The notes beneath the pieces were generated by a model. It was not told the origin of the DNA. It searched no databases and saw nothing but the letters and a program-made list of their open reading frames with translations. The position numbers and the translations under genes are program-made. DNA of 63,681 nt, counting the filler, from Hausera hauseri (Eukaryota): assembly GCA_046269625.1 (NCBI GenBank). It is 12 parts of 12 records of this genome, joined end to end, with 100 filler letters (N's around TTAATTAATTAA, not from the genome) between each part and the next. Parts side by side here need not be neighbours in the genome. Positions count along the whole stretch, not along the records: positions 40,946 to 49,292 come from JBJURY010677662.1; positions 49,393 to 53,979 come from JBJURY010516348.1; positions 54,080 to 59,471 come from JBJURY010263842.1; 9 more parts are not named here. The stretch is one strand, 5' to 3'. How positions within the stretch are numbered: the stretch's first letter is position 1; the number at the start of each line of letters is the position of its first letter. Below, one piece after another: positions 44,991 to 55,956 of the stretch.

Positions 44991-47900
44991 AGCTGCGCTT
45001 CCCAGGAGGGCGCACTATAAGCTGCTCTGGGGGCCGGCAGAGGGATAGTGAGTTGTCTCCCTCTGGGTCGCCGGCTCCCGGTAGGAGTCACTCTAACCTG
45101 GTAGTCAGTCATGCCGAGGCGGTGCCTATACCTCGGCGTCGGGTTAGAGTGTTTAAAAGGGGACCAGCACATCCCCGACTGCTTATTCTCAACTGTCAGA
45201 GCTTGTGTATGTTTAAAGCTCGATTGATCGTGAAATTAGCACGCGATCACAATATACAGTTGATAGTGTTGTCGGAGATTTGGCAGCCCACCTCGGACGT
45301 CATTGCCCATCTTAAATTAGCTGATATTGATGGGATTTGGACCAGACGTCCAGTAGGTAGAGGTGGTGGTACTGCGTTTCTAGCTGTTCGCCCTTGGACT
45401 GTACAGGGCTGTCCTTCCCCTAGTGATCTTGGCCATATTGAAGTGACACAGGTCAAGATTGTTCCACCGGGGGATATTGATAGTAACATATTTGCTGGAG
45501 CTATCTATGCGGCTCCATATCAAATCAGCCCTGAACAGTATCAGAAGGCATGCTGCACGACATCTGGTGATCCTTTGGCTTTTGTTGCTGGCGACTTCAA
45601 CGCTTCTCATAAACTCTGGTCTAATTCACAGGAAACTTTACGTGGCCAGACTTTACTTGAAGTTGCTCGCCAGTTGGGTATGGTGATTAAAACACCACAA
45701 GCGCCCACTACTACTGATGGTAGCACGATTGATTTTATTCTGCATAGCAAGGGAATTATTGTAAACAATCTCATCTCCCTTGGAACTGTCCGGGACAATA
45801 TGGTTCATTTCCCGGTCATGTGCACTGTCGGTATTGGCGCCGTCCCCAATAGAAAGGATGTGGCATCTCGGCCCCCAGTGATTGCCTGGGATAACTTGAC
45901 TGCTTCTCATTGTGAGCGTTTTACTGCTACGATTGAAAGTTATCTTAGCTCTTATGCTCACCAGGCAATGCCGGTGGACTGTAATGTACTGCACGATCGC
46001 TTAATCAATGCGATTCGTGCTGGTCTGCGTACTTTGCCACGCCGTCGTCCTAAACCTGCAGGATCAAGGCCACTAGGATGGTCGTCACCGGAGAAAGCTC
46101 TGCAACAACGGATCCGTTGTCTTTCCCCTTATGATCTTTGGGGGATATTGCAACCACGTCCTGGGATTCATCCTTGTCCTCCCGTTCGTGAACTTGCGCA
46201 AGCGTTTGCCAGTACTTCTTGTACTTCAACCCCAGTTCTTGCGCATATGGTGTCTGTGGATCCGCCTCCTCCTGTGACGATAGAAGAAGTTCGTGCAGCC
46301 ATTAAGCGATTACGTGTACGCGGTTGTGATGATATTGATGGAATACCGGTCCGGGTTTTCAATCTTTTGCCTTTGGGTGCTGTGGATGTTCTGGTACGAC
46401 TATGCTCATTGGCTAATACTGGATCTGTTCCTCGTCGTTGGCGCGACTCTGTTGTGCATCCCATCCCGAAAGCTGGGGAAAGGGACTGGTTAGATGTAAA
46501 GTCGTGGCGCCCGATAGCTATCACATCACTTGTATCGCGTATTTGGGAGCATATTGTGTTACTCCGCATGGAGCGTTCTACTTCGTCCATTAATTCGGAC
46601 GTTCAATTTGGTTTTAGGAAGAAACACTCTGCAGCTGGTCTGTTGCGTATGCTTCGCACTGACCTTACATATGCTACTGCATTCCAGGAAAAAGCTGCTG
46701 CTTCTGTTTCCAAAAATAGACCAACACTGTCTCATAGAGCGATAGTAGCTGTCTTTGACTGTACGGCAGCCTTCAACTCTGCTTCAATTGACAGTATTGT
46801 TCTTATGCTGAAGAACCTCCGTCTCCCTGAGATTGCGGGAATACAGGCCTGGCTTGGCGGTCTTACCGCCCGAAGACAATGTGTGCGTGGAGACACGGTG
46901 TGGCTAAACACTACATCTGGTGTGCCGCAAGGATCTGTTCTTGGACCTGCCCTGTGGAATATTGTCCTTGATCCCATTCTTGCAAAGGTTAGACACCCAC
47001 CTTCTGGTGTTAAGTTCCACCAACATCGGCTGTACGCCTTCGCCGATGATATACTTGCTTTTGGCTCTGGTTTGGATGTACATGCTACTGCACAGGGCAT
47101 GGATCAATGGTGTTCGCTTATCGAAACATCGTTAGCTGAGATCCATGTTACAGTTAACCGCGACAAGACTTCTTTTCACACTGTTGCCACTACTTATCGG
47201 AAGAACACGATTCCTACTGTTGAGCTCTGGAATCGGTCTGTTACAGTTTCTCCGTTCAAGTTCCTTGGTGTTTGGTTTGGTGAGCAACTCAGTCCTCTTG
47301 TCCAATTTACAGAAGTTCAGAAGCGTGTGTTACCAATGCTATCACAGCTAGAGGCCATTTCAACGTTGGTGTCTCCTGCCCAGTTACGAATCATCTATAT
47401 GTCATATATTCTACCGTTGTTTACGTATGGATGTTCGAGCTGGGTAAACATTGGATGGAATGCTCCCCCACCCCCAGTCGAGAACTCCGGGGTTAAACAT
47501 GCTGGAGGGTTCAAAGGACCAAGAATCGCTGCCAATACGTCTGCTCACTTTGGCATCGGAAACCTGGATGCTCTTGAGATCTTACACAGACGCGCTGCCC
47601 GCGCAATTGCTGGTACGGTAGCTACAGCTTCGAATAACTTATGTCTTAGGGAAGCTGGTCTTCGGTCATTAGAATGTACCCTCCAAAAAATTGCATGTAG
47701 GGAGGATGAGGTCACCTTTAGAGTTAATAGTCGCGCAGCTTTACAACCTGCTGCTGCTAATCCTGAACCTGTACTTTGCTGCTTGCCCTATCATCCCTCA
47801 TGGGCTGGTAGCTTATGTGATCGTGTCTCATTCTACTTCGACATGATCCCACACATCTCAGCATCTGCAACCGCTGAGAAACGGTATCAGGACTCTATCA

Positions 47901-48817
47901 GGCGTATGAATGCTGCTTTCGCCACCTTTAATGGCCATTGTCTACTACTGGCAACCGATGGCTCTTTAAGTTCTGAGCGTGGCGGGATTGGTGGTGCCCT
48001 CTTATACAACTTGGTCCTCCCGGGTGTTATTATTGGACAGGCGTATCGCAATGCTGGCAAACTTGCTTGCAGTTACTCTGCTGAACTGCGTGGAGCAGAA
48101 GCTGGTCTCTTTGACCTCTACGATACTATTGCTCAGTCCCCATTACGTAATCTCTGCTGGGTGACTGACAGTCGCAGCCTGGTGCAAACTTTGGCACAAG
48201 GGTGTCTATCAGTTTTGAGTTTTGCTGAGGCTGCTATTTGGCATCAGTTGCTTAAGTTGGTTGACTGTGGTTTCCACATTACTGTGGTATGGGTATTCTC
48301 ACACTGTGGAATCACAGAAAATGAGAGTGTTGATGCAGCTGTATCTGGAGTGGAGACGGCTAATTTGCCATTGGCTCCCGTGTGGTGGGTTGATGCCGCA
48401 CGGTCGCGATACCAGACTGCGTATAAGAAATACGCAGAATTATTAGAAGTAGATGCAACGGTGCCCGATAGGACGCTAGCACCGTTGAAAATGACTAGAT
48501 GGGGTCCTCCTAACTTTGCCAGGATTCTTTCCTGCCTTCGTAGTGGGGTGTGGGGTGCACTAGGTGTTCGGGATGAGCCCTGCCCTTGTCCGTTGTGTGG
48601 GACCCCTTCTAGTTTCAATAGAAGAGCGGGGATCAAACACATGTTTGTTTGCCCCTGTTCGCAGGCTTTCCGCCCCAGTGTTCGTGGGAGGCCTGTTGTA
48701 GAAAATGATTTGTGGAGTACAGAGCCCGTGGTACTGAACTCGATTGCTCGCTTCGCGCTAGACTTTAAGGGGCTGCTTAAAGGTCGAGGTGGACAATCAT
48801 CCACAATCATTTTATAG
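44945..48817 (+). CDS. pol: Non-LTR retrotransposon ORF2: AP endonuclease, RT, RNase H and CCHC (ingi/I group), intact
   Basis: APE LNCQS, LSEIW, AGDFNA, TIDF; RT WRPIAITS, QFGFR, GVPQGSVLGP, FADD, KFLG; RNase H ATDGS, AGKLACSYSAE, VTDS, WVFSHCG..NESVD; CPLC..H...C. Confidence 0.95.
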   Translation: MVQTPTSWLSGVKFLELRFPGGRTISCSGGRQRDSELSPSGSPAPGRSHSNLVVSHAEAVPIPRRRVRVFKRGPAHPRLLILNCQSLCMFKARLIVKLARDHNIQLIVLSEIWQPTSDVIAHLKLADIDGIWTRRPVGRGGGTAFLAVRPWTVQGCPSPSDLGHIEVTQVKIVPPGDIDSNIFAGAIYAAPYQISPEQYQKACCTTSGDPLAFVAGDFNASHKLWSNSQETLRGQTLLEVARQLGMVIKTPQAPTTTDGSTIDFILHSKGIIVNNLISLGTVRDNMVHFPVMCTVGIGAVPNRKDVASRPPVIAWDNLTASHCERFTATIESYLSSYAHQAMPVDCNVLHDRLINAIRAGLRTLPRRRPKPAGSRPLGWSSPEKALQQRIRCLSPYDLWGILQPRPGIHPCPPVRELAQAFASTSCTSTPVLAHMVSVDPPPPVTIEEVRAAIKRLRVRGCDDIDGIPVRVFNLLPLGAVDVLVRLCSLANTGSVPRRWRDSVVHPIPKAGERDWLDVKSWRPIAITSLVSRIWEHIVLLRMERSTSSINSDVQFGFRKKHSAAGLLRMLRTDLTYATAFQEKAAASVSKNRPTLSHRAIVAVFDCTAAFNSASIDSIVLMLKNLRLPEIAGIQAWLGGLTARRQCVRGDTVWLNTTSGVPQGSVLGPALWNIVLDPILAKVRHPPSGVKFHQHRLYAFADDILAFGSGLDVHATAQGMDQWCSLIETSLAEIHVTVNRDKTSFHTVATTYRKNTIPTVELWNRSVTVSPFKFLGVWFGEQLSPLVQFTEVQKRVLPMLSQLEAISTLVSPAQLRIIYMSYILPLFTYGCSSWVNIGWNAPPPPVENSGVKHAGGFKGPRIAANTSAHFGIGNLDALEILHRRAARAIAGTVATASNNLCLREAGLRSLECTLQKIACREDEVTFRVNSRAALQPAAANPEPVLCCLPYHPSWAGSLCDRVSFYFDMIPHISASATAEKRYQDSIRRMNAAFATFNGHCLLLATDGSLSSERGGIGGALLYNLVLPGVIIGQAYRNAGKLACSYSAELRGAEAGLFDLYDTIAQSPLRNLCWVTDSRSLVQTLAQGCLSVLSFAEAAIWHQLLKLVDCGFHITVVWVFSHCGITENESVDAAVSGVETANLPLAPVWWVDAARSRYQTAYKKYAELLEVDATVPDRTLAPLKMTRWGPPNFARILSCLRSGVWGALGVRDEPCPCPLCGTPSSFNRRAGIKHMFVCPCSQAFRPSVRGRPVVENDLWSTEPVVLNSIARFALDFKGLLKGRGGQSSTIIL
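44981..45033 (+). promoter_or_regulatory. Putative -1 frameshift signal: A AAT TTT plus H-type pseudoknot
   Basis: In-phase heptamer 44981-44987 directly before the ORF1 TAG, with ORF2 in the -1 frame. Stem 1 tgcgctt 44994-45000 / gggcgca 45008-45014; loop (c)ccagg pairs with tctgg(g) 45026-45031. Confidence 0.75.
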
Positions 48818-49019
48818 AAAAATTAGATTTTAGTGTGGTGTGGGGTAGCACCTTTTTCCTTAGATTCGTTTTCTTTCTCCCATAATGTACCCACCATTAT
48901 GGGCTCTCTCATCATTCTCGTTTACCTTTCTTCTTGTTGTTGGGTCGAAAGCAACTGTTTATTGTTGAGTTTATAGTAGAAAGAACACAAAGAGTCTAGG
49001 CTAAACCGCTATAATGCAA

Positions 49020-49292
49020 GTCATCTCCATCTCCATCTTCTTCCGCTTATCCGTAGTCGGGTCGCGGAGGCAATAGGTCCAGGAGAGAAACCCAGACCTC
49101 CCTCTCCCCGGCGACACTTTCCAGCTCATCCTGGGGGTTAGAGAGGATACATAGTCCCTCCAGCGAGTCCTGGGTCTTCCCCGGGGCCTCCTACCAGTGG
49201 GATGTGCCCGGAACACCTCTAAATGGAGGCGTAGAGGAGGCATCCTTATCAGATGCCCGAACCACCTCAACTGACTCCTTTTGATGTGGAGG
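49020..49292 (-). mobile_element. 3' end of a teleost Rex3/Expander-type RTE LINE
   Basis: RWFGHLIRMPP..EVFRAHPTGRRPRGRPRTRWRDYVS with a GATGGA-repeat tail. Confidence 0.85.
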
Positions 49293-49580
49293 NNNNNNNN
49301 NNNNNNNNNNNNNNNNNNNNNNNNNNNNNNNNNNNNTTAATTAATTAANNNNNNNNNNNNNNNNNNNNNNNNNNNNNNNNNNNNNNNNNNNNTTCCTTTA
49401 TATGAAACTCCGTACCTTTTGTTCTGTTCTTTCCTTCATTTCTTTCATACCTTGTCCATTCCTTTGAATATTTTTGGAGCCTTTAGATTTGTTTAATATA
49501 ATTCCCAGACTAGCTCCACTTCTGTCGAGGCTCTGCCTTTTGGGTTTGTCGACTCTGTAATTGATTCTTCATAGTCTTTA

Positions 49581-50321
49581 TCAATATTTGCAACGTATGC
49601 GTGCCTGTTGTTCACCCCTCTCCATATATTTTCTAACCATTAGCAACCCTTTTGAAATTGTCGGTATACGCATTTTGTCCTCTTCTTCTCTTTCCAATTT
49701 TGTATAGTACACATCTTTCCTGTGTCCTCCATTCTGACATCTATTACATTTTATGTTTATGCAGTTTTGTCTCATGTGCCCTTGCTGACTGCACCCATAG
49801 CATTTTATGGGTTTCCTTTCCGGGCAATTTCTGTTAATGTGTCCTTCTTTCGCGCAACCAAAACATTTTGGTATTTGTTGGAGGTTGCACGTCCTGGTTT
49901 TATGCCCGTCTTTTTGGCACGACCAGCATTTCATCCTATTCTTTGCCTGCCTATTGTGCAGTTTGAAATCCCTCCATTCTTGTCTTGGTTTGTCAAGTTT
50001 GTGCACCGCCACATCCCGGTAACTCCGTTGATCCTGTTTAGTGTATTCTTTGACTGCGTTCTTTTCTGTCTTTTTTGCCACTTCGTAAACTTTCTGTATT
50101 TTCTCTTTGATTTGTTCTACGTTCTTTTTGTCACTGCGGTAGATTTCCTTTCGCATCTCCGGATTGTTGCGACAGTGGATCATCAATTTCTTTGTTAGAG
50201 CTTCCATTGTTACTTTGTGGTTAAAGATTTTCTTTGCCAGCTGTTCAATTTTGTTGATGCAAGCATCCGGTTGTGACGCCACCATTCTGTAGTCCAAGAC
50301 CTCCTGCAGATTTCCAAACAA
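49581..50321 (-). CDS. gag: Gag-like protein with four CCHC zinc knuckles
   Basis: CWSCQKDGHKTRTC, CFGCAKEGHINRNC, CYGCSQQGHMRQNC and a degenerate CNRCQNGGHRKDVY. A related fragment lies at 53330-53410. Confidence 0.75.
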   Translation of the reverse strand: MFGNLQEVLDYRMVASQPDACINKIEQLAKKIFNHKVTMEALTKKLMIHCRNNPEMRKEIYRSDKKNVEQIKEKIQKVYEVAKKTEKNAVKEYTKQDQRSYRDVAVHKLDKPRQEWRDFKLHNRQAKNRMKCWSCQKDGHKTRTCNLQQIPKCFGCAKEGHINRNCPERKPIKCYGCSQQGHMRQNCINIKCNRCQNGGHRKDVYYTKLEREEEDKMRIPTISKGLLMVRKYMERGEQQARIRCKY

Positions 50322-51299
50322 ATTTGTGGGTTATGAAAAGGCACTTAGAAACCAAAGGAAATTGGAGCATTCAGATATTTTCTTGCCTTTTCCATGTCAA
50401 CGTACGCGAATTGAACCGAGCTATGTATACTGTGTTAAAAGACACTCGCTATCAAACGAAATGTGAATTGTTACTTGGAGTTAACTATTAACATAGAGTA
50501 ACCATCGAGATCTGATACAAAACTTTTGGGGGACACTTCATTTTTGCCGAGCCGCATCTGGATTTTTGACCATTTACTTCTTAGTACAGCTACTTAAAGC
50601 AGTAATTTAAGCGGACATAAATGGTTACGACATATTTACATTGACGAGATTCTCGTATAAAATTTTAACTGCGACCATAGCACCCTTTGGTACATTCCTA
50701 AAAGCCCACGACGAAAATAGATGGAAGACCGATGTAGTACGACATGTAGGCTACCATAACCAAAAACGACGGAAAAGACCAATATATAAATACGGACGAA
50801 AATTCATTAATCCTAGGACGCGAAGAAATAACTCAGATGATGACCAGCCTAAGTGAAGAGACGGCGTCTTGACAATAAATAGACATAAAGCATATACTAC
50901 TATACAACCACCATTACCTATGTTATCCGCAACGACACAAGTATATAAAGATTGTGATAAACGTTCAACTGTTTCGTTCTAAACAGAAATATATAAGAAA
51001 CCATTTAATTTTGAAGACTCTTAGGAAGTAACTAAACATTATAGTGTATTACTAAAAATGCACGAAACAAGAAAAACGTCCATTCCTTACGGACGTCAAT
51101 CAATTGATGACCATAGAATACTTATTTCTCAAGAATGCATAGAGCGCAAAAGCCAGATAGACATTCTCGAGAGGCCAAGAAATGCATACCTTCAGCGTAT
51201 CAGCGCCAGAAATCAGATTCCACGGATGTAAAGTATTAGTAACCAAACATCCTAAATTTGTACCAAATTGCTACGGTAGAGTAACAGAAATAAGGTACG

Positions 51300-52985
51300 T
51301 ATTTGAGATAGGGAAGTCTATGCACTAATTAATACAGGGTCTGAAATATCATTAATCAAATACGAGTGGATAACACAATGTTACGGCCATAATTATATCC
51401 GCCACCAGCTACAGACCCAAGAACTATTGGAACTTTTGGACAATCATCAAGATGTAAATACAGATGGAACCCCGAAACTCGTATGATAGGGCAGGCGATT
51501 CATTACAAATTCTCAATAATGGAAAAGTTAACGGACGACCTGGTATTAAGATGTGATTTATTAAGATAACTACCAAATGTGACGATAGATTTTCATACTG
51601 GAAAATTAATAGAACTCGGACAGATAAAAGAAGTGAAAACTACCAAGGACAGAAAATCCGGAAAAGTATGGAATCCGGTGGATAAGAATATTCCACCAAT
51701 GATGGACATGCAAATATATGCACAAATGACGATCAGTCATTTTGCTTGGAACCTAAAGAAACGTTAAGTCTAAGCACCATGCTTAGTAATGTATTAACGA
51801 TGGTGTCGTCAGGCCACGTGCCAGTGAGGTTAATTCATAATGCGTCAAACCCAACTAAACTTTACGCTATCACTACAATTGGTCATACTTATAAAGCATC
51901 ATCATTAACTAATGAGGAAAAACCTTATAAATGTGCTAAATTTCCACCTCGTTTTGTAACTAAATTTTCACCTGAATCATACTGTCGCTTTTATGACTGT
52001 CTTTGCCGCTATAAATCGGTTATAGAACTCTAAGATTAATAATTTTGCTTAAGAAAAAGCCTGGCTCAAACGATGAGATTGATCTCGAAGATCAAAAGAT
52101 GCCGAAATGGTATCCCCAACCACGTTTGTTGAGACCCGAAATGACAAAAGAAGTTGAACGAATACTTAATTTTGATATAATTATACCGAGCTATAGATCG
52201 TGGTATTCACCTATATTATGGTTAGAAACTAAAGCTCCATAAACCTTTGATTTTGTATCGATGATAGAATTTTGAATACTCTAATGGTGAAATACTCTTT
52301 TCCATTATTATTCATGAAAGAAGTCCTATATATACCCTTTGGAGAAAATAGTGTCCTATTTTAGACACGTGTCATTATTAAATAAAATATCCGATTGTAT
52401 GTAGCCACAAAAGCAAAAAGATCTGCGACATTGGTTAGGCCTATGCGGATATTGTGCCACTTATATGGCAGATAATTCGAAAATAAATGCACTCTTATAT
52501 CGTTTACTCAAAATGGGAATTAAATGAAAATAAACAGACGTCGAGCAGAAAGTTTTCGAAGAAATGAAGAAGTTTCTAACAAATGAGCCAGTTTAAGGTA
52601 CCCCGATTTTACTTTGCCATTTATAATTAAAACAGACGCCAGCAAAGAATGCATTTGATACGAATTAGCTCAGAAGAGACAAGATGAAGAATTAGAGAAA
52701 CCAATCGATTAAGGAGATAGATGACTAAAGAAATCCGAAAAAATTATTGGAAACAATATCTGTAAAGGAATCTCTGCAATATCTTAACGTTTATATTTAT
52801 GGGCAGAAAATTATAATTATTACTGATTATAAAGCGGTTATAACCTTGACAAAAAGCGAATAATACAACTTGTAGACTCAACAAATGTATGGAGAAAATT
52901 TCACGATATAATATCGAATTTTAGTATAAGCCTGGAAGTAAGCACGTAGACGCTGACGCATTATCCAGATTAAAAAGCTAGAACG
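51300..52985 (+). mobile_element. Highly degenerate Gypsy-type pol (PR, partial RT, RNase H)
   Basis: YALINTGSEISLI, SWYSPIL, FCIDDRILN, FIIKTDAS, IITDYKA and YKPGSKHVDADALSR, with many stops. Confidence 0.7.
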
Positions 52986-53216
52986 AGTGCAATTACTGTA
53001 ATGAAGAAAACCCAGCTTGAAGAATTAGTGGACAGACAACGAGCTCTGACGCTGCATAAAGCGATCAGCAAGCCATCAGCTGCAAAAACACTTGCAGAGA
53101 CACAGTCATAAATACTGTGTATTAGGTGACAAAGATCACAAAGAATTCATAACTACAAAACCGTGTTTCTTGTCGACGAAAACTAAACTATAATGTTAAG
53201 ATCGACCGTCGAACGT

Positions 53217-53979
53217 TAGTAGTGGGAAAATGCCGATTCGGTTACAACCCACTGGGCTGTGACCGAATCGCCACTTCCCCGATCGGGTTTGGTAAGATAT
53301 TTAAAGTAAACAAATTTTAGGAGTAAGACAGTAGCATCTTATTGCTTTTCTTTCAGGACACTGCATGCTTATGTGTCCTTCTTCTCCGCATCCAAAGCAT
53401 TTAATCAGTCTGTGTGTGGTGCTACTTGGTGGTCTACTTGGCTTCGTGTTGTTGGTGCATCCGTGCCATACAGTATGCCTGCTCCTGTGTATCACTTTAA
53501 AAAGTCAATATTTACTATATTAACCATGATTGTGTGTATCATTTTAGCTTACCCACAACCCATCTATGAACCACATCGATTTTAGTCAGTAGGGGAAAAT
53601 GCAGGCAATTGGCATTTCCCCAATCAGGTTTCGTAAGACATTTAAACTAAACAAATTTTGGGAGTGTGACGGAATTCGTATTTGCCTAACCCCCTTTTTT
53701 GGTAGGAAATTTAAATAAAGCAGTTGTCGTAAATTTTTAATTTTTAAAACACTTAAACCCTTTTGAATCCATGCAGTACGCCTGCTTTTGTGTATAACTT
53801 TAGAAAGTCAATATTTCCTATTTTCACCTATTAACTATGCATGTGTGTATCGTTTTGGCTTACCCACAACCCATCTATGAACTACATCGATTTTAGTCAG
53901 TAGTGTGAAAATGGGAAGTATGTTCCACTACACCCGGAGGGGGGATAATCGATAGAATCAATTCTGCATATGCGCCAAT
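53217..53979 (+). repeat. Diverged tandem copies related to the 3930/35890 repeat family
   Basis: agtag..gaaaatg blocks at ~53218, 53587 and 53899. ccat.cagta.gcctgct..tgtgta..tgtgtgtatc.tttt..cttacccacaacc at ~53467 and 53769 also matches 35998-36095. Confidence 0.7.
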
Positions 53980-55677
53980 NNNNNNNNNNNNNNNNNNNNN
54001 NNNNNNNNNNNNNNNNNNNNNNNTTAATTAATTAANNNNNNNNNNNNNNNNNNNNNNNNNNNNNNNNNNNNNNNNNNNNTCCTCAAAAGTGGGATTTAAT
54101 TTTGTACTTCCCCTCTTATTATAAAATTATAGGGTTTCCCCTCCTTTCAATACAGTATGTCCGGTTCAAATGATGTGATACTTACACTGGTCCAGTCTCA
54201 GTGGCTTACCTTACACTGGATATGGCTTCTCTAAAACACAGACTTTGTTGTCCTTTAAAGATTATCACTAATTCATAGGGATGCTTAAGCCCATTTTGAT
54301 TACACTTTAACATCCTGGCTGGTGAGCTGAGATATTGTTTCAATATTTCCACATAATGAAGTTTTTATCCTCCTTACAAACACCCCTACAACATGATGCT
54401 GTTATTCAGAACATCCTTCAAAATCTGTGTAATTTCTGAGTTTTGCTTCTTTTTTTCAATATATTCGACACAAAGCGTAGGTGTCTTGTGTGTGTACTGG
54501 TAATGAATTTCCTGTTTATGTTTAGTGGGCCACGTGGAGGGGGGCTGTGTTCTGTCACCATCACTGGTATTTTTTTTTAACCTTGAGGCTGTTCAGAAGA
54601 GTTTCACAGTATTTCAGATGATTTTTGCAGTCAACACAGGATCAAGTGTCAGCTGTTTTTATTTAAAGATTGAAGTTTAATGTAGAAGCTGCTGCGTTTG
54701 GCGCACAACGTGGTCGGAGCTTATGGGACCACTTCCTGCCGTCTCTGTCCTGGTGTTGAATCAGGAATCTGGGCCCCGATAAGGTACTTGTGAGTTTTGT
54801 TAAGAGATTCCTGGACGTGTCTTGGCAGAGCTGCGTGTGGTCTCAGATCAGAATCATAGTTAAAAGATGATGGGACTGTTGAACACGGAGGCCTCCACCT
54901 CTGTTCATCATTAAACAGTGAGTCAAAATCTGGTGTTAGTAGCTGGCAGTCATTCAAAACCTACATTCTGAATGCTAATAGATCACACCAGATTTCACAC
55001 TCATCTATGAGAGTGCAGATAATGTTATTTTCAAGGTTTGATTAAAACTCCATTAATCAACATAAAGCTCTGGTGGCGGGTGACCCTCACTCCTTTAAGG
55101 AATGCTCAGCCTATTACAGTCAGACNNNNNNNNNNGTTCAGGGTTACTCTCAGGTAAAAACAACCCAAAACCTGTCCTGGTACTGATGGTCCACATGACC
55201 TCTGATCTCTGGGTTCACTCAGATCTCAGAAATTATCCCCTGGGATGCGCTGTTCTCCCAATAATGTCCAATAATGAAGAGGACACAATAATAATGTGAT
55301 ATTTTGATGACATGGTGATGTAAAGCGTTCTTTTGGCTGCGTGTTTCCAGTGGCTATGCACATCACCGTGAGGTAAACGGTGGAGGCTGTTGGAACACGA
55401 TGATGCAGAGCACAGAAATACAACATTACACCCACAGCCTGCCACTGACAGGTGCCATCTCTTCTTCATTCCTCTTGGCAGCTGAGACCATTTTATACAT
55501 CCTCTTCATTTCAGTCTAAAACTCCATAAATAGTTGTAGTTTGGAAACATACTGAGCTCTAACAGGACAAGTGTAATTTACACAAATAAATACTTTGTTT
55601 TCCTGACTTGGTGCCTGTGTAGACATTGTTTAAATAAATAATAGTTTATCTTCAGCCGGCCTATTTCAGTGCAGCTG

Positions 55678-55694
55678 CAGCGCCCCCTGGTGGT
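55678..55694 (-). promoter_or_regulatory. CTCF-like motif
   Basis: The reverse complement reads ACCACCAGGGGGCGCTG, matching the CTCF core consensus. Confidence 0.55.
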
Positions 55695-55716
55695 CACAGC
55701 GCGCTCCTCCTGACCC

Positions 55717-55730
55717 GTTGTCATGGTAAC
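55717..55730 (+). promoter_or_regulatory. RFX X-box of a ciliary gene promoter
   Basis: GTTGTCATGGTAAC, a near-palindromic X-box 44 nt upstream of the cfap206 ATG. Confidence 0.7.
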
Positions 55731-55774
55731 CCAACACAAACGCTCGGCAGGTGAGCTCGCACGTCGGTGCAGAG

Positions 55775-55882
55775 ATGTCTCGGCTTCAGGCAGAAAATGT
55801 GTTCACCTCCATCATCGGTGAAACAGTGAAGCAGTGCGCGCAGAGGGGACAGGTGGTGTCGGAAACTCTGGCGGCTTTTATG
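55775..55882 (+). CDS. cfap206: Cilia- and flagella-associated protein 206, first coding exon
   Basis: MSRLQAENVFTSIIGETVKQCAQRGQVVSETLAAFM followed by a GTGAGT donor; matches the recalled CFAP206 N-terminus (QAESVI.SIIREI.QECA..G..VSETL.AFM). Confidence 0.8.
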
Positions 55883-55956
55883 GTGAGTAAAGCCGCCGAA
55901 CGGGCTCGGTTCTGACCCGGTGTCGGCTTGAGTTGAGCCTGAATCATCCATAGAGT

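Noticed and set aside
45140-45170. Possible 2A self-cleaving peptide before the endonuclease, as in L1Tc
   Set aside because: The sequence is VFKRGP and lacks the DxExNPGP consensus.
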